A stretch of 23,594 nucleotides of DNA from assembly GCA_038213805.1 (NCBI GenBank), contig JBBQSO010000082.1, forward strand, positions 1-23,594. The letters are read 5' to 3'. Below the pieces are notes generated by a model that saw nothing but the letters and a program-made list of their open reading frames with translations, was not told the origin of the DNA and did no database searches. The DNA is from Planctomycetota bacterium. GTDB lineage: Bacteria; Planctomycetota; UBA11346. The translations under genes and the position numbers were made by a program. Positions 1 through 7,988 of the stretch are shown in pieces (positions within the stretch are counted from its first letter, which is position 1; the number at the start of each line of letters is the position of its first letter).

Positions 1-1
1 C

Positions 2-116
2 CGTGCGGACGCGTCCCGGATGCTGTCGCGCTGCCCCCGCGACAGAGGCCAGGCTGATCAGATGCCGACCCAGTCAGGGCACGCACGCCGCACGCCGCAC
101 GCCGCACTCCGCACCC
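2..116. repeat. Inverted heptamer-array element (CGCACKC family), probably truncated by window start
   Basis: CGCACGC x3, CGCACTC, CGCACCC at 82-116; complementary CGTGCGG..GCGTCCC at 2-17; internal perfect stem CTGTCGCG/CGCGACAG (23-45). Confidence 0.75.
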
Positions 117-172
117 CCGCTGGTCGCGGGCCGCGCGCCAGGTGGTGAAACGTGCGCCTGATCGAGCGATGG

Positions 173-964
173 TCATAGCAGCTTATAGATGGTGGCGGTG
201 ACGAGGGCGTCCCAGGCGAAAACCGCAGCGATCGCACGCACCACCGCGCGCGTGGTGGTGCGGGGGACCTCGGTGGCGATGGGCGGGCCGGTCAGGCCCT
301 CGCGGCAGGTGATGGCGGCGATGAGCAGTCCGGGGATCACGGTCTTGATGGCCAGGATCAATGCGTCGGCCGCGGACAGCTGGGCGGTGAGTTCGCCGAT
401 ATACTCGCCCAGCGGCGGGGCGTCCTCGACCAGCAGCCGGCTCAGCACGTAGCCCCCCGCCAGGGCGATGGCGATGAACACCTGGCCGAGGCAGAACACC
501 GCCACCGCCACACTCGCCAGGCGGGGCACCACGAGATACCCGAAGGGATCGATACCGGCGAGCCGCAGGGCGCGTACCTCGCCGGCCACGCGCATGTTGC
601 CCAGCTCCGTGACGATCGCCGTGCCGCTGCGCGCGATCACCACGAGCGCGACGATGAGGGGCCCGAGCTCGCGCACCAGGACCACCACCAGCAGCTTGCC
701 GAAGAGTTGCGACTGGCCGAGTCCGACAAGTTGGATCTGCGCGACCACGCTCAGCGAGGTGAGCAGGGCGAGCAGCGCGGTGAACGGCACCGCCTCTAGG
801 CCGATGAACTGCACCTGACGCCACAGCACCGTGGCGCTGACGCCGCGCAGCTTCGGCAGCTGGATGGCGAATTGCAGGATCATGGTCACCACCTCGCCGA
901 GGTAGCCGAAGCCGGCCAGGGTCCGTCGACCGACGTATTCGAACATGCCGAGGGCAGGCTTCAT
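173..964 (-). CDS. MlaE/Ttg2B-family ABC transporter permease
   Basis: C-terminal ~263 aa of ORF 173..1948 carry MlaE motifs (VRELGPLIVALVVIARSGTAIVTELGNMRV..E..AL...GIDP..YLVVPR; VPRTTTRAVV). Start uncertain (ATG 946, 964 or 976). Confidence 0.9.
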   Translation of the reverse strand: MKPALGMFEYVGRRTLAGFGYLGEVVTMILQFAIQLPKLRGVSATVLWRQVQFIGLEAVPFTALLALLTSLSVVAQIQLVGLGQSQLFGKLLVVVLVRELGPLIVALVVIARSGTAIVTELGNMRVAGEVRALRLAGIDPFGYLVVPRLASVAVAVFCLGQVFIAIALAGGYVLSRLLVEDAPPLGEYIGELTAQLSAADALILAIKTVIPGLLIAAITCREGLTGPPIATEVPRTTTRAVVRAIAAVFAWDALVTATIYKLL

Positions 965-1067
965 CCTCAGCAGCATCGTCGGTCCAGGCCGATTCCCTAG
1001 CGCCCAGGCCGGGCGCCGTCGTGGCCTGATCATCCGCCCGGATCCGGGACGCCTGTGCTTGCCTCTT

Positions 1068-1097
1068 TCATAAAGCGCTTTATAGAGCGCTTTATGA
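1068..1097. promoter_or_regulatory. Tandem LacI-type operator overlapping the LacI start codon
   Basis: TCATAAAGCGCTTTATAGAGCGCTTTATGA: near-perfect 30-bp palindrome made of two overlapping ATA(A/G)AGCGCTTTAT units with central CG; AT-rich island in GC-rich DNA. Confidence 0.75.
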
Positions 1098-2119
1098 GCA
1101 AGGACCGCGAAACGCCCCCGGCATCCGCCGTGCGCCCCACCATCGGCGACGTGGCGCGCCGCGCGGCGGTTTCGGTACCGGCGGTGAGCCAGGCGCTGAG
1201 CTGGCCCGAGAAACCGGGCACGCTGAGCGCCGCGACCCGCGAGCGCATCCTGCGTGTGGTCGCCGAACTCGGGTACCAGCGCAGCCGGCGCGCGCAGCTC
1301 TTCGCCCAGGGCACCACGCGGAGCATCGCACTGCTGTATGAGGGCGCCGAGCCGTCCGACGATCTCCTCACCGTCGCGATCGTGGCCGCAGCTGCCGCCG
1401 CACTCGCCGAGCACGACTACCAGCTGGTGGCGTCGCCCTTCCTGGCTGCAGAGGCGCGCTGGGAGGCCTTCCGCCGCGATCCCGGGGTCGACGGTGCGCT
1501 GCTCGTCCACTGCGGCACGCCGCGGCTGCGCGCGCTGATCACCGGGCTGGGCCTGGCGGCGGTCGAAGTCGGCGCTGCGGAGGGCCTGCCTGCCCGCGTC
1601 GCCGCCGATGCCGGGGCGGGCATGGCGGCGCTGATCGGACACCTCGCTGGCCTGGGGCACCGGCGCGTGCGCTGCATCGCTGGCGGCGCCCCTCGCGAGG
1701 CCGAGGTCGCGGCCTTCCTGGCCGCGATGGACGCGGCGGGTCTCGGCGCTGGCGCGAGCGTCGCCCTCGCGCCACCCGATGCGGCGGTCGACGCCCTGGT
1801 GCAGGAGGACGGCCCGCGCCCCACCGCCCTCATCGCCGCCGACCACCGCACGGCCCTGGCCCTGCTCGGCGAGCTCGCCGGGCGCGGCATCGCGGTGCCG
1901 CGCCAGCTCAGCGTCGTCGCCCATGGCGACGCCTGGCCGCTCGCGCACTGGGCGCCCGCAGTCACCGCCTACGCCTTGCCCACCGCGACCCTCGGCCGCA
2001 CCGCGGTGGAGTTGCTGCTTGAGCGCCTCGCCGGCCGCGCATCACCGCCGCTGCTGCTTCCGGGAAGCCTGGTGGTGCGTGCATCCACCGCGCGGCCGGG
2101 CGAGCGCATCAGCCGCTGA
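1094..2119 (+). CDS. LacI-family transcriptional regulator
   Basis: N-terminal HTH PTIGDVARRAAVSVPAVSQAL, hinge ..LGYQRSRRAQLF.., sugar-binding-type C-terminus (LGHRRV, PTALIAADHRTA, VPRQLSVV, LVVRAST). Confidence 0.93.
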   Translation: MSKDRETPPASAVRPTIGDVARRAAVSVPAVSQALSWPEKPGTLSAATRERILRVVAELGYQRSRRAQLFAQGTTRSIALLYEGAEPSDDLLTVAIVAAAAAALAEHDYQLVASPFLAAEARWEAFRRDPGVDGALLVHCGTPRLRALITGLGLAAVEVGAAEGLPARVAADAGAGMAALIGHLAGLGHRRVRCIAGGAPREAEVAAFLAAMDAAGLGAGASVALAPPDAAVDALVQEDGPRPTALIAADHRTALALLGELAGRGIAVPRQLSVVAHGDAWPLAHWAPAVTAYALPTATLGRTAVELLLERLAGRASPPLLLPGSLVVRASTARPGERISR

Positions 2120-2250
2120 GCCACGCGTGGCCCGGTCACCGTTCCGGTGGGGTCGGAGCGCGAGGCGAGCATGCTCGGCGCCAGGCATGGGCGGGCAAAC
2201 CGCGCCCGGCGTCGCCTTGCGCGCCGGGCGGGCCAACCGACCATGTGGGC

Positions 2251-2907
2251 ATGCGCCCAGTCAAAGTCCTGCCCAGCCTGCTGTCCGCCGATTTCGCCCA
2301 CCTCGCCGACGAGGCGCGGAAGTGCGCTGCGGCGGGGGCGACCATCCTGCACGTCGATGTCATGGACGGGCACTTCGTGCCCAACCTGACGATCGGACCG
2401 ATCATCGTCGAGGCGCTGCGCCGCAGCACTGCGCTGCACCTGGACGTGCATCTGATGATGACCGATCCGCAGAAATATATCGGCGACTTCAGCAAGGCCG
2501 GCGCCGACGCCATCACCGTGCATGTCGAGGCGGTCGGCCACCGCCAGCTGCGCGCAGTGATCGCGCAGATCCGCGCCAGTGGCGCGCGTGTCGGTCTGGC
2601 GCTCAATCCCGACACTGATCCCGAGTTGTGGTTCCCCTACTTCGCCGAGGTCGATCTGGTCATGCTGATGACCGTCTATCCCGGCTTCGGCGGTCAGGGC
2701 TTCATCCCGCAGGTGCGCCCGCGCCTGCGCGCCGTGCGCGCCGCCTTCCCGGCGCTCGACCTGCAGGTCGACGGCGGCATCAATCGCGAGACCATTCCGC
2801 TGGTCACCGCGGACGGCGCCAACCGCCTGGTCACCGGCAATGCCTACTTCAAGGACCCCGATCCGGCGGCGTTCCTGCGCTGGGCCGAGGGTCACGTGGC
2901 CGGATGA
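2251..2907 (+). CDS. rpe: Ribulose-phosphate 3-epimerase
   Basis: PSLLSADF, LHVDVMDGHFVPNLTIG, DVHLM, MTVYPGFGGQ, QVDGGIN motifs. Confidence 0.97.
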   Translation: MRPVKVLPSLLSADFAHLADEARKCAAAGATILHVDVMDGHFVPNLTIGPIIVEALRRSTALHLDVHLMMTDPQKYIGDFSKAGADAITVHVEAVGHRQLRAVIAQIRASGARVGLALNPDTDPELWFPYFAEVDLVMLMTVYPGFGGQGFIPQVRPRLRAVRAAFPALDLQVDGGINRETIPLVTADGANRLVTGNAYFKDPDPAAFLRWAEGHVAG

Positions 2908-4022
2908 CGCTCGCGCCCTACGCCATGCCGGTCGCCGCGAGCCGCGGCCGCGCGCACCCCAGCCTCGCCGACCCGCACCGCACCGAATATCAGCGCGACC
3001 GCGACCGTATCGTGCACAGCCGCGCTTTCCGGCGCCTGCAGTACAAGACCCAGGTCTTCACCAACGACGAGGGCGACCACTTCCGGACCCGCCTTACACA
3101 CACCATCGAGGTCGCCCAGCTGGCGCGCGTGGCGGCTCGCCGCCTCGCTCTGAACGAGGACCTGGTCGAGTGCATCGCCCTGGTCCACGACGTCGGCCAC
3201 CCGCCCTTCGGTCATCGCGGTGAGGACCTGCTCGCCACGCTGATGGCCGGGCACGGCGGCTTCGAGCACAACCGCCAGGGCCTGCGCATCGTCGAGGAGC
3301 TGGAGGTGCGCTACCCCGAATTCCCCGGCCTCAACCTGACCTACGAGGTGCGCGAGAGCATCGTCAAGCATGGGGCGCGCTACGACCCGGCGCGCGTGCC
3401 GGCACGCTTCGCACCCGGCGAGGCGCCACTGCTTGAGGCACAGCTGGTCGACGAGCTCGACTCGGCGGTCTACGACTGCCACGACATCGACGACGGGCTG
3501 CGCGGCGGCTACATCACCCTCGAGCAGCTCGGCGAAGTGCCGCTGTGGCAGGGGGCCTGGCGCGAGGCGGTCGAGGCCAGTCCGCGCGCGACCCCGCACA
3601 AGTTGCTGGTCGATCGCTCGCTGCGCATCCTCACCGAGAGCCTGGTCGGCAATCTTGTCGAACGCACCGCCGCGGCGATCACGGAACGCGGGTTGGGCAG
3701 CCTGGCCGCGGTGCGCGCGGCCGCACCTGGCGTGGTCAGCATGGCTCCGTCGATGGTCCAGGCCAAGGAGGGCCTGGAGGCCTGGCTCTTCGCCAACCTG
3801 TATCGCCACCACCTGGTCAACCGCGTCTTCCACAAGGCGCGGCGCATCCTTGGTGACCTCTTTGTGTTCTACACCGCGCACCCCGACAGCCTGCCGCCCG
3901 AGCACGGCCGGCGCGCCGAGGGCCTGGGACTGCACCGCGCCGTCGCCGACTACATCGCGGGCATGACGGACCGCTTTGCGATGGAAGAGCACCGGGAGCT
4001 GTTCGGGCATGGGGTGGGGTGA
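2904..4022 (+). CDS. dgt: Deoxyguanosinetriphosphate triphosphohydrolase (HD-domain dNTPase)
   Basis: RTEYQRDRDRIVHSRAFRRLQYKTQVF, RTRLTHTIEV, HDVGHPPFGH, GFEHNRQ, DYIAGMTD; ATGA overlap with rpe stop. Confidence 0.95.
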   Translation: MTLAPYAMPVAASRGRAHPSLADPHRTEYQRDRDRIVHSRAFRRLQYKTQVFTNDEGDHFRTRLTHTIEVAQLARVAARRLALNEDLVECIALVHDVGHPPFGHRGEDLLATLMAGHGGFEHNRQGLRIVEELEVRYPEFPGLNLTYEVRESIVKHGARYDPARVPARFAPGEAPLLEAQLVDELDSAVYDCHDIDDGLRGGYITLEQLGEVPLWQGAWREAVEASPRATPHKLLVDRSLRILTESLVGNLVERTAAAITERGLGSLAAVRAAAPGVVSMAPSMVQAKEGLEAWLFANLYRHHLVNRVFHKARRILGDLFVFYTAHPDSLPPEHGRRAEGLGLHRAVADYIAGMTDRFAMEEHRELFGHGVG

Positions 4023-4039
4023 GCGAGACCCGATGAAAG

Positions 4040-4900
4040 GTGCCTTTGGTCGACGGAGGCCCATAGCCGGAACTGCCGCAGCCGATCCTCGTGCGGCGCG
4101 CGCTGGGGAAGGACGGTGCGCACTTCCAGGTGCGCGACCAGCTCGGCACCGGGGCCAGCGGGCAGGTCTACGCGGTCGATGACCGGAACCTGCGCCGCAC
4201 CGTGGCGGTGAAATACATGGCCGGCGCGGAGGTGCCAGCGCCCGATCGCTTCGCCGACTTCCTCAACGAGGCGCAGATCACCGCGTCGCTGCAGCACCCC
4301 AACATCCCCCCGATCCACGAGGTCGACGTTGACGCGCGCGGGCGGCTGTTCTTCATGATGAAGCGCATCGAGGGTCTGTCCCTCGGCAGGGAATTGGCTG
4401 CTGCGGCCGAGGGGCGCGGCTCCGTGCGCATCGCCTCGATCAACGCGGTGGTCGCCATCACCATCGGCGCCGGCAATGCGCTGGCATTCGCCCATCCCGC
4501 CCTGCTGGTGGCCGGCCGCTTCGATCAGGCGCTGATAGCGGCGCGCGATCAGGCGACGCCCCTGATGGCGATGACGCTCTCCGGGCGATCGGGCGAGTTT
4601 GCCGATGCCGGTCAGCAGCACAGCGTCGAGGTGCTGATGGCGACCGGCCAGGACCAGGAGGCTTACGAGCGCTTTCACGACGATCATTTCATGCGCATGT
4701 GGCCGCGTCACCTGCTGGGACTGGAGGCCTTCAAGCACGGCGATCAGACGCGCGCCTGGCAGCTGTTCGCCACCGGGGAGCGACCACTCTCCATGGAGCA
4801 CCCGTACGCTGCCTGATTGGTGCCGTACCGCGACTACGGTTTCGACCTCCACCACTTCCTCATCCTGCCCTTCCTGCATGAGCTGGCCGGCGATCGCGGC
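4040..4900 (+). pseudogene. Decayed Hanks-type Ser/Thr protein kinase (N-lobe only, joined to a downstream remnant)
   Basis: LGTGASGQVY, VAVK, FLNEAQITASLQHPNIPPIHE, FFMMKRIEG, ALAFAH present; HRD/DFG/APE absent; in-frame stops TAG 4064 and TGA 4814 flanked by coding-like sequence; boundaries approximate. Confidence 0.7.
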
Positions 4901-5051
4901 GTGGAAGGCGTGGTTGGCGATCCCGGTGTGCCAGCGCGGATACATGGCGGATCCGGTCCCGCTGCGGCTCGCGGAGTGGCGGATCGCGGAGCTCGAGCAG
5001 GGGCGCTGAGCCCTCGCTGGCGACACCGGCGGTGGCCGCGGCTGCGGCCGC

Positions 5052-6224
5052 TCACCCGTTGGGTCGCACCCGCCCCAGGCCGACGGTGAGCAGCGCGCCG
5101 AGCGCGAGCGCCGCGGCCAGGCAGAGGAACACGGCGCTCGCATGCGTGGCGAGCAGTGCGCCGCAGAGCGCGTTGCCGGCCAGGCTCGCGCCGGCGCTCA
5201 GCAGTGCCATGGCGCCGAACGCCACCGCGCGCTCATGGCGTGGGGCGAGACTCGCCAGCCAGGTCTTCTCCGCTCCTTCCGTAAGCCCCACGAGGACGCC
5301 GTAGGCGACGCCGGCAGCGGTCAGCCATGGGCCGTGCGCCACCGCCAGCGTGATGAACACCGCCGTGCCGGCGAGCCAGCCGCAGCGCAAGAATACCACC
5401 GGTCCCAAGCGGCCGGTCAGCGCGCCCGCGGCCGCGGCCGCGCCCATCTGCACCAGTCCCAGCACCGTCCAGCCGAGGCATACCTGCCACAGCGGCCACG
5501 GCGCCTGCGCGCCGTTCCCGCCGAGCCCGGCGACCTGGACGAGAACCAGCAGAGGGCTGAGCTTGGCGGCCAGTGCCGCAACGCTGAGCGCGGCGAGCGG
5601 GCGCCGCAGCTCAGGGCCACGCGGCCACCAGCCGACCGCCGGCGTGCCGGGTGGCGTCGCCGTGCGCGGCGCGTCCTCCAGGCCACGGCACAGCCACACC
5701 ACCCACAGCGTGACGGCGACGAGTCCACACACTACCCAGCCGAGGCAGTCGGCGAACCAGTAGGCGCAGGCGGTCACCGCCAGAGCGCCCAGCGTTGCGC
5801 CGAGCTGGTCCATGATGCGCATCCACGCATAGGCGCCGGCGCGCTGATCCTCGTGCGTCCAGTCCGCGACCAGTGCATCGGTCGCGCTGCCACGCACGCC
5901 CTTTCCGACCCGGTCGACGACGCGGCACGCCACGATCCACCACGGCCACGCGACCAGCAGTCCGACGCCGATCAGCGGACGCGCCACTGCGTTCGTAACG
6001 TAGCCCGCGCGCACCCAGGGCACGCGTCGGCCGCTGGCGTCACTGGCGCGGCCGGTGAACAGCTTCAGCACCTGCCCGATGCCGTCAGCCAGCCCCTCCA
6101 TCAGCCCCAGCCACGCCGCACCGACTCCCGCGGGCAGGAGCGGGGTGATGAAATCCAGGGTGAAATCGTTGGCGAGGTGCAGCCAAGCAAGGCGACGCGG
6201 CGTGGGTGGGAGCGTGGATGGCAT
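5052..6224 (-). CDS. MFS transporter
   Basis: 390-aa hydrophobic protein; GRASDASGRR motif-A-like loop, RVVDRVGKGVRGSATDALVAD, MDQLGA. Confidence 0.9.
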   Translation of the reverse strand: MPSTLPPTPRRLAWLHLANDFTLDFITPLLPAGVGAAWLGLMEGLADGIGQVLKLFTGRASDASGRRVPWVRAGYVTNAVARPLIGVGLLVAWPWWIVACRVVDRVGKGVRGSATDALVADWTHEDQRAGAYAWMRIMDQLGATLGALAVTACAYWFADCLGWVVCGLVAVTLWVVWLCRGLEDAPRTATPPGTPAVGWWPRGPELRRPLAALSVAALAAKLSPLLVLVQVAGLGGNGAQAPWPLWQVCLGWTVLGLVQMGAAAAAGALTGRLGPVVFLRCGWLAGTAVFITLAVAHGPWLTAAGVAYGVLVGLTEGAEKTWLASLAPRHERAVAFGAMALLSAGASLAGNALCGALLATHASAVFLCLAAALALGALLTVGLGRVRPNG

Positions 6225-6556
6225 GGGGGAGGGCGCAGGGGTGGAGGCGCAGAAGAGGAGGGCGGTGTTAAGCGAGGCAGCGGGGAGGAGGGAACAACGA
6301 AAGTAAGTGCGAGTTGCCGGGGGGCATGGTCTGCGTGGAGGGCGGGCAGGCCAGCATCATGATCGCCCCGGGTCCGGGGGTTGCGGTACGTGCCGAGGGC
6401 GGAAAGTGCAGGCGCGGGGCCATGCAGCGTGCCAGTCGTGACCCTCCTGCGCAGGGGACGTGGACCTGGACGCACCTGAGTGGTGCCGAGACCGTCCGTG
6501 CGCGGCCTTTCCGTGCTCCGACCAGCCCCTAGGCTGCCCGGTCTACGGGGATCCGC

Positions 6557-6997
6557 ATGCTCCAGCTCACCCGCCGCTTCGGCTTCAGCGCCAGCCACCG
6601 CCTGCACAGCGCCGGCCTGGATGCACCGGCCAACGCCTGCACTTATGGCCTGTGTCAGAACATCCACGGACACAATTACCGGCTGGAGATCACGGTCAGT
6701 GGTGACCTGGACCCGCAGACCGGCTTCTTCTGCAACGTCATGGAGCTTGCCGCTTTGGTGAAGGAGCTGGTAGTCGACAAGTGCGAGCACCAGTACCTCA
6801 ACGATCTGCCACTGTTCGCTGGCGCGATCACCACTATGGAGAATCTCGCGACGCGCATGTGGGCGGTGCTTGAGCCCGCCCTGGCTGCGCACGGCATGGT
6901 ACTCAGCGAGTTGCTGCTCGGCGAGACGGATGAGCATTGGGTGCGGTTGAGTCAGGGTCCGGGAGTCCGGAAGTCCGGAAGTCCGGAAGTCCGCTGA
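6557..6997 (+). CDS. queD: 6-carboxytetrahydropterin synthase / 6-pyruvoyltetrahydropterin synthase family protein
   Basis: FSASHRL, CQNIHGHNY, HQYLN, TTMENLA, GET motifs; last 13 aa derive from a repeat element. Confidence 0.85.
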   Translation: MLQLTRRFGFSASHRLHSAGLDAPANACTYGLCQNIHGHNYRLEITVSGDLDPQTGFFCNVMELAALVKELVVDKCEHQYLNDLPLFAGAITTMENLATRMWAVLEPALAAHGMVLSELLLGETDEHWVRLSQGPGVRKSGSPEVR

Positions 6998-7095
6998 GGG
7001 GAGCAAGCCTTCCCCGCCTGGTCCGCTGCGATCGCCCGAACGGTGGCGGTTGCCGCAGGGCTGTTCGACTACCGGATCAGCGGACTTCCGGACCC
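6955..7095. repeat. Inverted octamer-array element (GTCCGGRA family) at queD 3' end
   Basis: (GTCCGGRA)x4+GTCCGCTGA at 6957-6997; reverse complement TCAGCGGACTTCCGGAC at 7078-7094; 80-nt spacer with internal stems. Confidence 0.9.
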
Positions 7096-7125
7096 GGTCG
7101 AGTGAGCGTTCCGCTCACTCGACCG
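7095..7125. terminator. Perfect 14-bp stem-loop between convergent genes
   Basis: CGGTCGAGTGAGCG-TTC-CGCTCACTCGACCG; no U-tract, so terminator function is uncertain. Confidence 0.45.
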
Positions 7126-7432
7126 TGAGCAACTTGTCCAGGTTGGTCGCGCGCAGCAGGCGCACGTTGTTCGCATTGAGGCCGGTGAGGATGAGTTCCT
7201 TGCCGCGCTTCTGCAAGCTGACGTGGATGGCGACCAGGTTGGCCAGCCCGGGGCTGTGCAGGGTGGCGACCAGCGACAGGTCGAGGATCACGCGCTGATC
7301 GCCCTCCAGAACGGCGTCGAGCACACCGCGCGAGAAGTCGAAGCCCCGGAAGATGGGGTCGTCGATGATCTGCATGCGGCACTCGGGCCCGGTACGTTCT
7401 ACTTTCACTGGCCGTCCTGTCGCTGCATTCAT
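7115..7432 (-). CDS. STAS-domain anti-sigma-factor antagonist
   Basis: ~105 aa; VILDLSLVATLHSPGLANLV (DLS.V..lDSsGL-like), ELILTGLNANNVRLLRATNLDKLL; start uncertain (ATG 7432 or GTG 7408). Confidence 0.82.
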   Translation of the reverse strand: MNAATGRPVKVERTGPECRMQIIDDPIFRGFDFSRGVLDAVLEGDQRVILDLSLVATLHSPGLANLVAIHVSLQKRGKELILTGLNANNVRLLRATNLDKLLTVE

Positions 7433-7487
7433 ACGCAGCCCCGACGGCGACGCTAGTGCTGGGGGGGGCGAGCGGCATGCTGCCGCC

Positions 7488-7988
7488 ATGGACAGTCGGT
7501 CACCTGCGTATGCCCTCGTCGCTGCCGATCTGCTCGCCGCGTGCGCGGTCGAGACCTTCCGCTCGCACGGACCAGGCGGCCAGCACGCCAACAAGACGGA
7601 ATCCGCCGTGCGGCTGGTCCACCGCGCCAGTGGCGTCACCGCCCAGTGCCAGGACCACCGCGAGCGCGCCCGCAACCAGGCGGAGGCGCTGCGCCGTCTG
7701 CGTCTGCGCCTGGCCCTTGCCGAGCGCGGCGCCAGCCGGCCGGAATGGCTGGCGGCGCAGCGTCGGGGAACGCGCATCGCGCTCGGCCCGGGCTCGGACT
7801 CCTATCCGCTGGTGGTGGCGGTGCTGCTCGATGCCCTGGTCGAGGCAGCGGGTGCCCTTGCGCAGGCGGCCGCGGTGACCGGGATCTCCTCCACCCAACT
7901 CGCCAAGGTGTTGACCGCCGACAAGGAGGTCCACCAGGCCGCGAATGCGGTGCGCGCTGCGCACGGTCTGGGAGCGATCCATGGCTGA
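7488..7988 (+). CDS. Peptide chain release factor-like protein (GGQ peptidyl-tRNA hydrolase domain) with C-terminal extension
   Basis: FRSHGPGGQHANKTESAVRLVHRASGV..QCQDHRERARNQAEALRRL. Confidence 0.88.
   Translation: MDSRSPAYALVAADLLAACAVETFRSHGPGGQHANKTESAVRLVHRASGVTAQCQDHRERARNQAEALRRLRLRLALAERGASRPEWLAAQRRGTRIALGPGSDSYPLVVAVLLDALVEAAGALAQAAAVTGISSTQLAKVLTADKEVHQAANAVRAAHGLGAIHG

Noticed and set aside
977..1948. N-terminal ~320 aa of the 591-aa minus-strand ORF
   Set aside because: Antisense shadow of the LacI gene; MlaE similarity begins only near 976-946.
2904..4022. dGTPase as an anti-phage defence gene
   Set aside because: It is a short housekeeping-type protein coupled to rpe, with no defence-island context.
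4814..4816. TGA as selenocysteine or recoded Trp
   Set aside because: Intact genes here use TGA as a normal stop, and the surrounding gene has other lesions, so simple decay suffices.
6340..6445. Minus-strand GGGTCACGACTGGC resembling the ZTP riboswitch 5' end
   Set aside because: The required downstream P2 and GCCnnCCGYCTGGGC 3' motif are missing.
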